A DNA stretch of 64,000 nt, from positions 9,235,962-9,299,961 of the forward strand of contig CAVNZM010000007.1 in assembly GCA_963693365.1 (NCBI GenBank). Reading direction: 5' to 3'. How positions within the stretch are numbered: position 1 is the first letter of the stretch; every line of letters begins with the position of its first letter. Positions 1-28,747 of this stretch are shown here, piece after piece. The position numbers and the translations under genes were made by a program. This stretch comes from Amoebidium appalachense (lineage: Eukaryota > Protista > Ichthyosporea). Under the pieces are notes generated by a model, which worked only from the letters and a program-made list of their open reading frames with translations, made no database searches and was not told where the DNA came from.

Positions 1-458
1 GACAAAAACAAAAAAACAAACAAACCCAAAACTCGTATTTGACAAACCCGTATCAATGAGTAACATGTCCCGTCCGGAGACTGCACTGTGCCTTAGTTGC
101 ATATTCTTTTTGTTGTTTATTTTCGCATACCCCTTTGTGCTATGCAAGGTGTGTTTCTATTGTGTATCTGTGTACGTACGCGTGGTTCTGTGTGATGCTT
201 TGACGCCCCCCCCTGACGTGCCCCCCCTCTGAGGATGGGCTCTGCTTATTATGCATACTCTTTATGTATGGTTTGCACTCTGCATCGTGTTATCCGTTGT
301 TCATGTGTACTTCGTACTTTATGACGCATTTAACACCCACACACACACACACACACACCCTCTCCCGAGAATGTGCTTTACTTGTTTTGTATACTTTTTT
401 TGTGTGGTTTGCACTCGGCGTTGTGTCGTCGGTTGTGAATGTGTGCTCCCTACTAAAT

Positions 459-508
<50 letters not shown>

Positions 509-730
509 GGGCAATCCCCATCTCTGTGCTGTACCATGTGTTTCATTGTGTAGCTCTGCACTTGGTTTCTGTTTGATGCATTGTGAACCTCCCCTTCATC
601 CATGACCTCCTTTGCACACACAGTGTCCGATTATTCTGCCCCACTCACTTACGCCCCACTCCTCACTCCCAATCTTGCAACACACCTACCGTGCATTTCC
701 TTACTGACAACCCCCCCCCCCCCCCCCCCC

Positions 731-774
<44 letters not shown>

Positions 775-926
775 CCCCTGTGCAAACTTGACAAACACCC
801 TTGCCCTTCCTTTTTTTTTCTTTCTTTTTTTTTTCTGTGCATACTTGACAAACACCCTTGCCCTTTCTTTTTTTTTTTTTTTTTTTTTTTTTTCTGTGCA
901 TACTTGACAAACACCCTTGCCCTTCT

Positions 927-960
<34 letters not shown>

Positions 961-1100
961 CCTGTGCATACTTGACACACACCCTTGCCCTTCCTTTTTT
1001 CTTTTTTTTCTTTTTTTTTTCTGTGCATACTTGACAAATACCCTTGTCCTTCCTTTTTTTCTTTTTTTTTTTTTTTTCTTTTCTTTTTTTCTATGCGCAG
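775..1100 (+). repeat. Five tandem ~60-bp units (CTGTGCATACTTGACAAACACCCTTGCCCT + poly-T) just upstream of the Ras exon acceptor
   Basis: Units start near 779, 835, 894, 962 and 1021; the last runs into CTATGCGCAG|exon. Confidence 0.9.
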
Positions 1101-1877
1101 GAATCGTTCAATGAGGTTGGCAAGATAGTCAAGCAAATACTGCGGGTCAAGGACACGGAGCATTATCCGATTGTCCTGGCTGGCAACAAGTGCGATCTAG
1201 AGTCTGACCGGCAGGTAAGCACACATCACCACGCCTTATTACTGAGGAGAACTACACTTACACGAACACAATTGTTTCACCTTCTGTTCCTCTTTTTTGT
1301 TTTTTGTTTTAGTGTGTTTGTCACTCAATATGCCTGTATGTACCCTCATTTCTCCCCCCAATTATGCACACATCACCACATACCAACATCGAAAACAACT
1401 ACACTTTCAACTTGCACAGTCGTTCCATCCTCTGCTTTTCGTCTTTGTTTTGGTGTGTTTGTCGCGTCCCTATGCATACCCCCCCCCCCTCCCCCCCCCC
1501 CCCTTTTCCCGTGGGTACTGTGGATTACGTTGGCCCCTGCTGAGAATGGGCTTTGTTCATTATGCATACTCTTTGTGTGGTGTGCACTCTGCATTATTTG
1601 TTCATTATGCATACTCTTTGTGTGGTGTGCACTCTGCATTATTTGTTCATTATGCATACTCTTTGTGTGGTGTGCACTCTGCATTATTTGGACTGATTGT
1701 GTACTTCGTACTCAGTAACACATCCCCCCCCTCCCCCCCCCCCCCCCCCCTCCCCCCCGGAACACACTCGTATTTGCACGATCTGTTGTGCTTTTGTGTG
1801 CGCGTGGAAGTCTGATATCTTTCGTCCGACGTGAACATCTACTTCGTATCCTGTTCCACATTCCCTCCCTCCCTCCC

Positions 1878-1924
<47 letters not shown>

Positions 1925-3741
1925 CCGCTTTGGGACCTCGGGATACAACGTTTATTCTCTGTAACGAGGAGGGAGGATGTGTGTGTGTGTGTGTGTTGGG
2001 GGGCGAGGGGGGGGGGGGGGGGGGGGGCTGGCTCCCTTGGAAGCTTGCAAAATCGATAATATGCCGAATTTTTTAATCTTGGGGCTCACAGGTCAGCGTA
2101 GAAGAGGGGAAGAATATGGCTGCTGAATTGGGCAACATCCCGTTTTTGGAGACGTCGGCAAAAACTGGTGGGTGGGATCACTGTTGTGCTTGGTCACCTC
2201 ATCCATGCACACTAGTAGTTCGTGGACTCAAGGACTGCACAGGTGCATGTGCACACATGTGCGCGCACATACACACACACATACAAGTCACACATGCACA
2301 CACCCGAGCATGTACATGCACGCGCACACACGCACACGCAGGCACGCACGCACGCACGTGCGCGCGCACACACACACGCACACACTTACACACGTGCACG
2401 CACACACATGCGCGCACACGCAGACGCACACCCACACACCACATACAACACAATGCACATACACAAGCGTACACATCCGCACACATAAAAACAGACTTTG
2501 CGCACACGTGACGTGCACAGTTACAACGCCCGTGCAAACACCCATCCACAGGCCGCATGCACAGCCACACACACACACACACATACATGCAAATGCACCC
2601 AGGTACGCACACATACTTGTCTTTGTAAGCACGTGTGCATGTCCACTCTCTAGATATACTATGCAAGATACCACACATGCACATGCATATTATACCAGTA
2701 CACACGGGCATAAGCGCCTGCTCACACGCGCACATCTAAGCTCAAGCCACAAGGCACAACTTCGTGTGCATCGGTGAGAATGTATAGTTACAAACCCGCC
2801 CTCCATGCCACTCCCATCTCTCCCCCCTTCTCCCTGCACACACACTGGTTAGTGCGTGTGCACTGCCACACGTCCATGTACCCACCCACACCCACATACT
2901 GCCATGAGCGAGCATGTGTTCCCGCCCGTTTCTCTTTTTTTATTGATGTGTTGCGCAAAAACATAGCATACCCCGTGCAATTGTATGCCGGTTGGTTATG
3001 GGGCATGGTAGAGAATCCAACCATTAACCTCTTGAGGACCGGACTAATTGAATCTACCGGCTCCCGGTTGAGAATCCAACCATTAACCTCTTGAGGACCG
3101 GACTAATTGAATCTACCGGCTCCCGGACCTATACAACTCTATTGCCGCTTAAAATCAATATAAACCCCAATAAAACTGTAAATATCGACAGGTATGTGTC
3201 TTACCTACATATGTTTCTAAGCTGGTTTGGGCAAAATATCATTATTTCGTATACTTTTGTAACTGTTTCTGAAGCCACCTTCGAGCGAGATTTTGGAGAA
3301 AAGTTTGAGCTGACATGAAATGTCGACAGAGCCGACCAATCATATCTTGCCATTTCATATTGGTCCAATCACAAGTTGGCACTGACAGCATTTGGATGTC
3401 GTCAAGCCGGCAAGCACCCTTCGTAGTTGCACCATATACAAAGCATCGTTATTAGAATAAAGTTCAATGTTTTTTTTTGCATAATACGAAAGAAAACTGT
3501 ATATTTTACTTTCGTGCAGCTTTTATTTGACTGGTTCTTAACAACTTCATGTTCACATTAGGGCACAAACTTGCTGATGTCGGTTCCGGCTAACTCTATG
3601 TCGATCTCGTGAGATTTACGGAACTGAACAGGATAAGACACAATATTGAGAATCCACCATCAAGACACACAGATACATTAATGTAACACTATGCAGCCCC
3701 CCCCAAATACCTGTGTCTTTGTCACCCATATGTGACCACAG

Positions 3742-3777
<36 letters not shown>

Positions 3778-4938
3778 TGAAACAGTATCTGAGTTGGGTT
3801 TCGTTAACGAGGGGAATAGGTCGAAACTCGGGTACTGTGGATGACGTGGGCCCCCCCTGAGGATGGGCTCTGCTTATTATGCATACTCTTTATGTATGGC
3901 TTGCATTCTGCATCGTGTTATCCGTTTGTTCTTGTGTACTTCGTACTTTTTGACGCATTCAAACCCCCCCCCCCCCCTCCGGGCATGGTTGCTCTGTATC
4001 GTGCATCTGTAATTACATCCGCATTTTTCGCTGCACTGCATTAGTTTACACACACATCTTCACCGTTTTGCTCACCTTGCTTGCATAAGCAACCCTGCTC
4101 GTCTTTGATCAAGACGGGTTGACCCGCCCAAGTTCAGTTGATGCTGCTGTCTGAGTTGGACCGTTGTATATACGCGGGCTAAGGGGTCGAAACTCAGACA
4201 CAATTGATGACTTGGGCCCTCCCTGAGGCTGGGCTCTGCTTATGACGCATACTGTGCGCATGGCTGATGTTGCATACTTGAATGTTTGCCTTTGCATGTG
4301 TCCTGCACCATGCCTCTCGTCGTGTATGTGTACTTCGTACCGTGTTCCGCATTCAACCCCCCCCCCCCCCCCCCCCCCCCCCCCTTTTACTTCCATGCAA
4401 CCGGGCATGGTTGCTCTGTGTCGTGCATCTGTAAGCACATACGCATTTTCCGCTGCACTGCATTAATTTGCACACACATATTCACCGTTTTGCTCACCTT
4501 GCTTGCATAAGCAACCCTGCTCGTCTTTGATCAAGACGGGTTGACCCTCCCAAGTTCAGTTGATGCTGCTGTTTGAGTTGGAGAGTCGTATATACGCGGG
4601 CTAAGGGTCGAAACTCAGACGCAATTGATGACTTGGGCCCTCCCTGAGGATGGGCTCTGCTTATGACGCATACTGTGCGCATGGCTGATGTTGCATACTT
4701 AAATGTTTGCCTTTGCATGACATGTCCGTCGTGTATGCGTACTTCGTACCGTGTTCCGCATTCAAACCCCCCCCCCCCCCCCCCCCCCCCCCCTTTTGGG
4801 CCTTCCCTGAGGATGGGCTCTGCTTATGACGCATGCTGTGTGCATTGCTCATGTTGCATACTTGAATGTTTGTCTTTGCATGTGTCCTGCACCATGCTTC
4901 TCATCGTGTATGCGTACTTCGTACCGTGTTCCGCATTC

Positions 4939-4971
<33 letters not shown>

Positions 4972-5119
4972 CCCCCTCCCATCGGAGGATGGGTTCTCCT
5001 TTTTTTGCATATTTGGCGTGTTGCTGATGTTGCATACTTGAATGTTTGCTTTTACCGGTGTCCTGCATCGTGTTTCTCATCGTGTTCTTGTACTTCGTAC
5101 CCTGTTCCGCATTCAACCT

Positions 5120-5173
<54 letters not shown>

Positions 5174-5364
5174 ACACTCTCTCTCTCTCTCTTCTGGTGA
5201 CGCAAAAGGAAATGGCATTTAGGGATGAAATGGTGATGTTGACGTGTTGTGTGTGTGCAGGGACCAACGTGGACAAGGCATTTTTCGACCTTGTGCGGCA
5301 GATCAGAAAAGCAAGGGGCTACCAGCCACCTAAAAAGAAAAAGTCCTTCTGCACCGTCCTGTGA
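1101..5364 (+). CDS. Ras-family small GTPase (Rap1/Ras-like), 3' three exons; 5' exons not found in window
   Basis: GT-AG exons 1101-1214, 2092-2167 and 5261-5364 join in frame: ESFNEVGKIVKQILRVKDTEHYPIVLAGNKCDLESDRQ/VSVEEGKNMAAELGNIPFLETSAKTG/TNVDKAFFDLVRQIRKARGYQPPKKKKSFCTVL*. G4 NKCD, G5 ETSAK, polybasic tail and CaaX (CTVL). QILRVKDT and DLVRQI are Rap1-like. Confidence 0.93.
1552..1690 (+). repeat. 45-bp minisatellite x3, derived from the intronic poly-C-associated family
   Basis: TTTGTTCATTATGCATACTCTTTGTGTGGTGTGCACTCTGCATTA three times; related to 240-290 and 3870-3915. Confidence 0.9.
3011..3126 (+). repeat. 59-bp-period perfect tandem duplication
   Basis: GAGAATCCAACCATTAACCTCTTGAGGACCGGACTAATTGAATCTACCGGCTCCCGG at 3011 and 3070. 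Confidence 0.92.
3786..5117 (+). mobile_element. Tandem cluster of ~390-bp poly-C-flanked interspersed elements in the last Ras intron
   Basis: Near-full copies 3980-4356 and 4385-4766, 3'-half copies 4794-4940 and 4980-5117, variant copy 3786-3963. Each ends ...CGCATTCAA and is followed by a poly-C run. Confidence 0.8.
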
Positions 5365-6443
5365 GCACAACAACCCTTATCTGGTTCATACAAACACACC
5401 ACAGGCAGATGTGCGTATACTAACTGAACTTGTACACTTAAGCACCCTACATACGGGCAGGTGTGTGCAACATGCGCAAACACGGAACGTGCTTATCACG
5501 TATTTTTTATTTCCTTTCCACACACACTGAAAAAGACATGTGCAGGTGGGGAGTGAAGTCATGTATGACACTTTCTGCTTCTAGGGTGTTGTTTTTTCTT
5601 TACAAACTTCGGGTTTTTTCATAGTCTCCCTTACCTGCGGTCTACCCCTTTGTTTGCCTCAAGCCATAGTTTCTGTAATACTCAGACACACTTCCCGTGC
5701 ATTTCGTTGAAAATGACCGTACAGTGTCTCAATATGATGTTCCCGGGTATCCAATATGAATATAATCTCAGTTTCTTACGCCACATGTTGATATGGCAGC
5801 GTGTTTTGATGCTGAATATAGGTAGCTAATATGGAGGCCAGGGGCCTATTCCTTAGTGTGTAGCAGCAAAGGCACTCTAACCTTTATGCTTGTGTAGGGG
5901 GTTTTTTTTTTGGGGGGCGGGAGGGGAGGGGGAGGGGGGGGGGGGGGGGGCTGTGGTCACATATGGGTGACAAAGACACAGGTATTTGAAGTTGGTTGCT
6001 TCTCTCTCACACACAGGCTTTGTCATACCACCATGCCAAATAGCAGTGTGTGGTTACATCCGTATTTGAGACACATCTGTATACAGCACACAAGCACCTA
6101 TGCATGCACACACACATCAGGCAACGTAAACACACACGCCTACAAACAAACACACAGACAGCGGTATTTTACAGTGTGGTATCTGAATATGTGATTACGT
6201 AACAGTTCATGCTGACATATGAACGTAAATTGTTATGAGTTGGTGGCTTTGGGCCGGTTAATACTTCCTTACAAGGCCTATAGCCCGTGATACAGCATTA
6301 TTCTGCTTTTTTGATTCTTGTTTCTCTACTAGGTCATTGTTCATGTTGGGGTTAACGTTTCCAACGAAGTGCACAAAAAATAAAACGGGTATACCGTACA
6401 GAAAAAGAGCGCTTGAAATGCTGTCCCTCCCTCCCTCCCTCCC

Positions 6444-6474
<31 letters not shown>

Positions 6475-6525
6475 TGTGCATCGTGTTGTCCGTTGTTTGT
6501 GTATCTTGTACTTCATAACACATTC

Positions 6526-6558
<33 letters not shown>

Positions 6559-6601
6559 ACGTTGCACACACACACACATCACCACCAACACCCCAAAAAA
6601 C

Positions 6602-6634
<33 letters not shown>

Positions 6635-7669
6635 GAGCACCCCAACTCTTAGGTAACCAACCCACTTTCCCACCTTCTTTCTCGTGTCTGTAGGGGGTGT
6701 TACGTGTTCACATTGCAGCAGGTAACTAAGTGCATGACCAACACATCAACCGGTACGAACACATACGCATGCGCACCGGGCTGTCTTATATATATATATG
6801 TACACAAATTTAACCCACACACCATGCATGCCAATTGTCTGGGATACTTGTATGGGAGAAGTCCTACAGTCTCTGCTTGGGCATCAGTACGGTATTTCAA
6901 CTAATTGTACTGCACGCCATTTACATTCATGTTATTCGTCTCGTATATCCCTCTGAGTCACAGAAAAGTTAAGCGATTCACTAAGAATACATAGTCATTC
7001 ATTCGTGTACAGTGTGTTGGGTCCATACTTCATGAACTATAAAAAAGTATAAACAGGATTCAAGGCGAGTTGCAGATGGAAGTCTCCAAATGCCATAATC
7101 TAAAGAAGCAAGAGGAATCCTGAACTGACTTTCGGGTCGAATCAGTCAGACACGGTTCACACCAACCTGACCCGGGACACTGAGCTTGCAACGAGCTGAT
7201 TGACTAACATGTTATATCAACTGTAACAATGATTTCCGCCGACAATTAGAAGTTCTTAGAAGTTTCCTACCATACAAAATATGCAGATGTAGATGTGGTT
7301 ACGTTGTTTTCAGATTCTGAGACAATTGGGAAATAGTCGAAAACTAATAGTTGGGTGCACGTCGCAGCCTTGAAGACTACACGCGTAGTTATCTTCTTGC
7401 AGATCATAAGGTTATCGCCCCCCTCTTTTTGAGTAACAAAATCGTCCGTTGCCGTCTCCTGCACATGCCCAAGTTTGCAGTCAGCGGACAATTAATCACC
7501 ATGCAACACCGTCATGGATCTGTGCAGAATTCGCAGACAATCTAGGACTTGCAAGTGCTATGCACACGCAGGCACGAGAATAAACATGTACCATCCCCCC
7601 CCCCCCCCCCCCCCCCCCCTCCCCCCCTCCCCCCCCCTCCCCCCCCCCTCCCCCCCCTCCCCCCCCCCC

Positions 7670-7700
<31 letters not shown>

Positions 7701-8527
7701 ATCCACCCACACACCCACCCACCCACCCCGCAAAAAAAAAGAAAAGGAAAAGAAAAAGGAAACCTACCCATGGCACCGGCAAAAACATCACTACATGGTG
7801 ATCAACACACACACAGGGGTCCACACGCGCACACATGCACACACGCACACACACACGCAGGCACGCAGACACAAACGCCCTGCGCAGACACACAGGCACG
7901 CCCACACACCCACCTACCAATAACTCTACAAATACGCAAACTTAAAAAGCATATTATCACATGTAGCTTCTGATGAAGCCAGCTACCATTCAAGTGCGCA
8001 TATGCTAAGTGTTTAATGTGCTTGTCTAATTTTTGTCTGATTCCAGAGTATTCGCATGCGAGTGCGTGTGCGTGTGTGTGTACGAGACGTAATAGTTTGT
8101 GTTTTGCGTGCACGCGCGCACGTGTGCCTGCATGCTTTTCAAATTGCTTGTGCTTGTGTGTATGTGTCCCCTGTGTGTGCACGTACTTGTGTGTGTCATA
8201 GGGCCAAATAGTCACAACGTCTGGACAGGGCCGGAAATCGAATAAAATCAAATCCAATCAGGCAGTTGACTCCGGAATTCCACTTTAAAAAATGGAGCTT
8301 TTTGATTAGATCCGCAATTCCACTTTAAAAATGTGCGTTGCGCCTATTCGATCAGATGGTGTGTGTGTGTGTGTGTGTGTGTGTGAGTGCGCGCGCCTGT
8401 GTCTTTGTGTGCACACCACTATGTTTCCATCGTGTGTGTGTCGGGGAGGGCCGGGCGGGGCGGGGGGAAAGGGGGGGGGGGGGGGGGGGAGGGGGTTGGG
8501 GGAGGGGGGAATACTTGCATTTCCCCC

Positions 8528-23523
<14,996 letters not shown>

Positions 23524-24563
23524 AATGCATGCACTTTACTACAACACACACGAACAGAATTACGTTTTTGCCTAAGTTCAGCAAAGAAACAAGTGTAGGG
23601 AACTCGAACCCTCCTAGATTTGTCACCCTTGCAATGTTCAACAACTTGCACTTGAAGACTGTTGACAGTGAGATCGGATGTGATCGGATGTGGTTCGCGC
23701 CAAAATTCTGGTTAGACCGTGCAGATAAACCACTGTGTACCTGGCATATATATCAAGGCCTCCTAAATAGCACACAGGTGTGCTATTTATGAGGCCTTGA
23801 TATATATGCCTAACCAAATAAAATAGTCATACAATGAAAGCGATTGGTTGAGTTCGCAGAGTTCAAGTCAGAGTGAGCATTTCTCGAACAACACAGCTTT
23901 ATATGTGCAAGGCTTGGTTTCCCTATATGAGTTCATGCGTACTTCATGATATTTACGCTACATATGTATACTCTTTTTTATTTTTTTTATTTTTTATTTT
24001 ATTTATATGTATACTCCTTAGCTATACTGTTGGAGCCTAGACAACCATATGGCAATTGGCGTACACAGCAAGAATAAAGCGATTGGCTGTGCGGCTCTGG
24101 TATCCCATTATCAACTTAACATCAAGATAGCTGGCGGTAAAAATACAGTACAATACAGTACTGTACGCTTATGTATGCAGGACTTTATGCATGTAATTTG
24201 TTTTAGGTAAAAGCACAATCTGCAGCTTATAGTAGTGATATTATTAACCTTTTCCTTTGAGGGCGCTAAGAGTGAACCTCTCGGATGCAGCTGCGCAATA
24301 TATCTGACTTGCCTCATGTTTATTCGCTGTAGATCACACGTATATACCAGCGCACCGTTTGCGTCCGAATATGGCAGGTGTCTTTGCAGCATACACGCAC
24401 ACAGAGCTGCAGTTCGCAAGCCACAACACAATTATTTTTTCCTTGGAAACTACACAGTGTGCCGTTGGTGCAAGTCAGGCAGGGATCCCTTTAGAATACG
24501 GTTTAATCTCCAAGGGGAGGACACAAATTTTTGCTTGCGTCAGCGTATTTTTCGGACTTCAAC
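23524..24563. promoter_or_regulatory. Probable bidirectional promoter/5'UTR region between KDM1-like and myosin light chain genes
   Basis: Head-to-head ATGs 1.04 kb apart; microsatellite-free; inverted CCAAT in repeated AAAGCGATTGG (23837, 24076). Transcription starts not determined. Confidence 0.5.
23754..23799. mobile_element. 46-bp TIR-only mini-element with 8-bp TSD (ATATATAT)
   Basis: CAAGGCCTCCTAAATAGCACAC..GTGTGCTATTTATGAGGCCTTG; first 18 bp identical to the left end of the 31132-33198 element. Confidence 0.8.
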
Positions 24564-26067
24564 ATGGTAAGTTCCCACCCAAAATCTGCTTTGTTCTGTG
24601 AATAGATGCTGGCAAAGCTTGGTTAGCATACACCAAGACGGTTACGCTAAGGTTCCTTCTCACATCGACAACTTGGTTTTTCTACTTTGTCTTTGTTACA
24701 TTTCAAGGCACATTGCCGGTAACTGCAGGTGGAGGGAGTTTGGCAACGGGAGGGGGGAGGGAGGAGGGGGATGGGGGAGGAGTTATCTGAAGTAGAGGGG
24801 AAGGGGAGGGGAGGAGGAGGGGGTTTTAGAGTGCCCTCAGCTGTAGCGCCACTTGATTAAGTAGTTCCTCATAGGAGCGGTAGGCAGTTTCTAAAAAAGG
24901 TGTATTATCTTATATTCAGGGTGCGGGCATGTGTTGCGTGTGGGCACATCCCACTAGTTGGCACCTAGTGCAGGATCTCAGTTAAAACCAGCATGTATTC
25001 TACACATGACTTTAGGAAGCTGCTGTGATACCTCGGAACTTTTTGCTCTTTCTTTAAAATATGGCAGTGCTCTTTTGTTCAGCAGAAAGGCGTTTGGCGT
25101 CTTGAACGTTTTCTTCAGGGGCCGGTTGTTGGTTATGTTGTGATCATACCAGTTTTTCACACTGGATCTTGCCTAACCGATGCTTTCTGATGCTCGATCT
25201 CTTTATCTAGCACGGGCTGTTGCTCTTGTCTGTGTGTGCTTGCGCCTTCCTTATACTCTCTAAGAATAGCATCCTGTTAGATAGTCTACCATTTGACTTC
25301 CCCTCCACCCCCACAACCCTTCCTCTTCCTCTTGCCCCCGCCCCTCCCCCCCCCCCCCGCCCCCTCCCCCCCCCTCTCTCTCTCCTCTCTCCCCCCCCCT
25401 CCCCCCCGTCCGCCTCCCCCCGCACCACACCCACCCCTGAACCCTGTGGTATTGGCCCTCCCCCCTCCCCCCTCCCCCCTCCCCGCCCCCCCCCCCTCCC
25501 CTCCCCCCGGTTGTGTGTGCATGATCGATGTGTACCTTGTGCTCTGTAACACATCTCTACCCCTCCCCCCCCCCCCCCCCCCCCAAACCCAACTTCTATG
25601 CTGACGTCGCTACTTGTTTGCACGTCCTTCTTCGCACTGCCTTGTGCTATTTGCTGTGTGCCTTACGTACTTTGAAACGTACCTCCCCCGCCGCCCCCCC
25701 CCCCCCCCCCCCCCCCCCCCTTAACCTCCTTCTTTTCTGCCGTTTTTGTTCCCCGAACTGAGTTATATGCATTTTTTATGTATGTGTGTTCGTGTTTGTT
25801 GCTCACCAGTGTGCCAAATTACACCCCTCACGTGGGGGGAGCGGGGGGAGGGGAGGGGGGGGGGGTCACCTTACCCCAACCAAAATTCCAGCTTTTGCCT
25901 CACTCTCTACCGCCCTTCCTTCTCCACCCACCCTTTTCATTGACCACCAACCGGCCCTGCTCTTGGTTTTTGCTTATTGATGAGTTTGTGTGTGTATGTC
26001 GGTGCGCAATGGATATTCTTTTTCTATTCTAAGCAGTCAAAGGGTTGAAGGAAACTTTACCGTGGGC

Positions 26068-26098
<31 letters not shown>

Positions 26099-27884
26099 GG
26101 GGGAGGGGGGGGGAGGGGGGCTTCTTTGGTGCTCGAAGGAGGCGGTTGGTGCTTGAAAGAGGAACTAGTTGCCTCTCTTTCTCAAGAGAGGGTGGGGAAA
26201 ATCTTCACCTGTATGCTCTTCGTTCGTTTCTGTTCATAAGGCTGACATAGATTTGAAAGCTTTGCCCCCTCCCCCCCCCCCCCCCCCCCCCCCTTGTTTC
26301 TTCTTTCCTGTGTTGCTATTGTTCACAGCCGCACTAACAACCCTCCAACCCCCCCCCCCCCCCCCCCGGCCAGTCTCTCACAGACGACGAAATTGCGGCC
26401 AAGAAGGAGGTGTTCTTGATCTTCGACAAGCAGGGGGATGAGAAGATTGACTCAGCAGACATCGGCATGGTCCTGAGGGCCATGGACAAGAACCCCTTGG
26501 AAGCTGACGTACGTGATCCCCCTTGTTGGGATCAAAGTGGACGTTTGAGTTGATTGGAGGAGGGATGTTGGGTTAGCTGTCTTATTGCTTATGCTTTTGA
26601 GTTTATTGGAGGAGGGTGTGGGGTTAGCTGTCTATTTGCTTATGCTTTTGAGTAAATTGGAGGAGGGGTGTAGGATTAGCTGTCTATTTGCTTATGCTTT
26701 TGAGTTAATTGGAGGAGGGGTGTAGGGTTAGCTGTCTATTTGCCTATGCTTTTTTGGGGGGGGGGGGGGGGGGGGGGGGGCATCTTTGGGTAATTGTCTG
26801 GGAAGTTGGATTGTCCACACATTTTCTTTGTTTTTTTTTTTTGGGGGGGGGGGGGGGGGGGATTAGTGCTTAATAATGATAGGCTTGACTGGGTTTGGGT
26901 GTATTTGGGGAATCAGGTGGGGAGCGGAAACGTGAAAAGGGAGATCTCACCTTTTTTACCTTCACAGATCAAGAACCCCGGGGGGGGGGGGGGGGGGGGG
27001 GGGGCAGTGCTCAATAGTGATAGGCTTGACTGGAAAGGTGTAGGTTTCGGTGTATTTGGAAGTGGACATGCGAGGATTGAGATCTCACCGGTTTTACCCT
27101 CACAGATCAAGAAGATCCAGCAGGAGCTAGACCCCGAGGGCAAGAAGCGCATCTCCTTCCAGGAATTCCTGCCCTATCTGAGCCGCAACCTCAATGCCCC
27201 GGGCAGCGCTGAGGAGTTCATCGAGGGCCTGAGGGTACTCCTCAACCCCCGTTTCCCTCCTTCCCTCCTTCCCTTCCCCTCTTCCTCATATGCATGTGCG
27301 TGCTCACACGCACACACCCACACACACACACACGAACACGAACACGCATGGACACACACACACTCATGGGCACACCCGCAAGTAGGTACTCACACGCACG
27401 TGGGTACACACACACACACAGTACAAATAGGCATTCCCACGCATACACACACACTCCCGAGCACGCCGACACTGACACACACATATCCGTGCGCGCAGGC
27501 ACACAGACGCACGCGCACACACAGAAACAAGCATACAGACACAGGCACGCCCACACACAAACACACAACACACACAATGCATGCTCTGTAAATGTGTACC
27601 CACGGAATCTATGTTGTTGGTGGGCTTTTGGTGGGTGAAATGATGCAGGTTTATATGCAAAAGAGCAGGATGTGTAGGTCGTGCTGTTTGTGGTTTTGGG
27701 GGGGGGGGGGGGGGGCAATTTGTGGCTTAGTAGTTGCGTGCCTCTGAGGTGCCATTCACCCTTTCAATGATTATCACTGGTTGTTAGAGTATGAACCAAG
27801 GCAGTGCCGTTCAATACCTTCACTACCCATTTTGCTAATTAGTCTACTTGTTCTCTCTCTTTCTCTCTCTTTTTCTCTCTCCCC

Positions 27885-27937
<53 letters not shown>

Positions 27938-28073
27938 CTTATTATGCACTCTCTTTGTTTCGCTTGCACTCTGCATTGTGTTGTCCGTTGTATGTGTGTG
28001 CTTCGTACTTTATGGTGCGTCCCCCCTCCCCCCTCCCCCTCCCCCCTTTCTTCCTCCCTCATGCTCTCTCCAA

Positions 28074-28135
<62 letters not shown>

Positions 28136-28138
28136 CAA

Positions 28139-28184
<46 letters not shown>

Positions 28185-28398
28185 TGGAGAGGGGATACTC
28201 GATCGCATGGTTTTATTATGTCGCACTCACTCTCTCTCCCCTGACCTCAGGTATTCGACAAGGAGTGCAACGGTTTCATGCCCGCCGCAGAGCTTCGTCA
28301 CGTCCTGACATCATTGGGAGAGAAGCTTACAGACAAGCAGGTACACCTTTCTCTATCAATTCAGAACTGATGTGTTTTTTTTTTTTGTTTTTTGTTGT

Positions 28399-28451
<53 letters not shown>

Positions 28452-28716
28452 GTGTGTGTGTGTGTGTGTGTGCGTATGTTTTTGGGGGGGGCTTTGATGT
28501 TTGTTTATCATCAATGAGGATGCCAATAATTGTTGTTGATGCACTACCTCTTGGACATCAAGCACACATCACACACACAGTCACACATACACACGTACAC
28601 ACACACACACATTGACGCACATGCACAGCCCACTCCTCTTTCCGATTGTTCCTTCCCCCCCCCCCCCCCCCCTTCTCTCCCTCCCCCTCTCCCCTCTCCC
28701 CCCTCCCCCCATCACC

Positions 28717-28747
<31 letters not shown>

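Noticed and set aside
3024-3660. piggyBac-like left end TTAA|CCTCTTGAGGACC followed by AT-rich DNA
   Set aside because: No matching right TIR or second TTAA-bounded end found.
4149-4200. Hammerhead ribozyme (retrozyme) in the ~390-bp element, suggested by GAAAC closing a stem with GTCTGAGTT and by tandem units
   Set aside because: No CUGANGA core in the right place (CTAAGGG instead) and no stem II.
6900-7550. Non-repetitive, coding-looking intergenic block
   Set aside because: Multiple stops in the frames examined and no recognisable domain or element ends.
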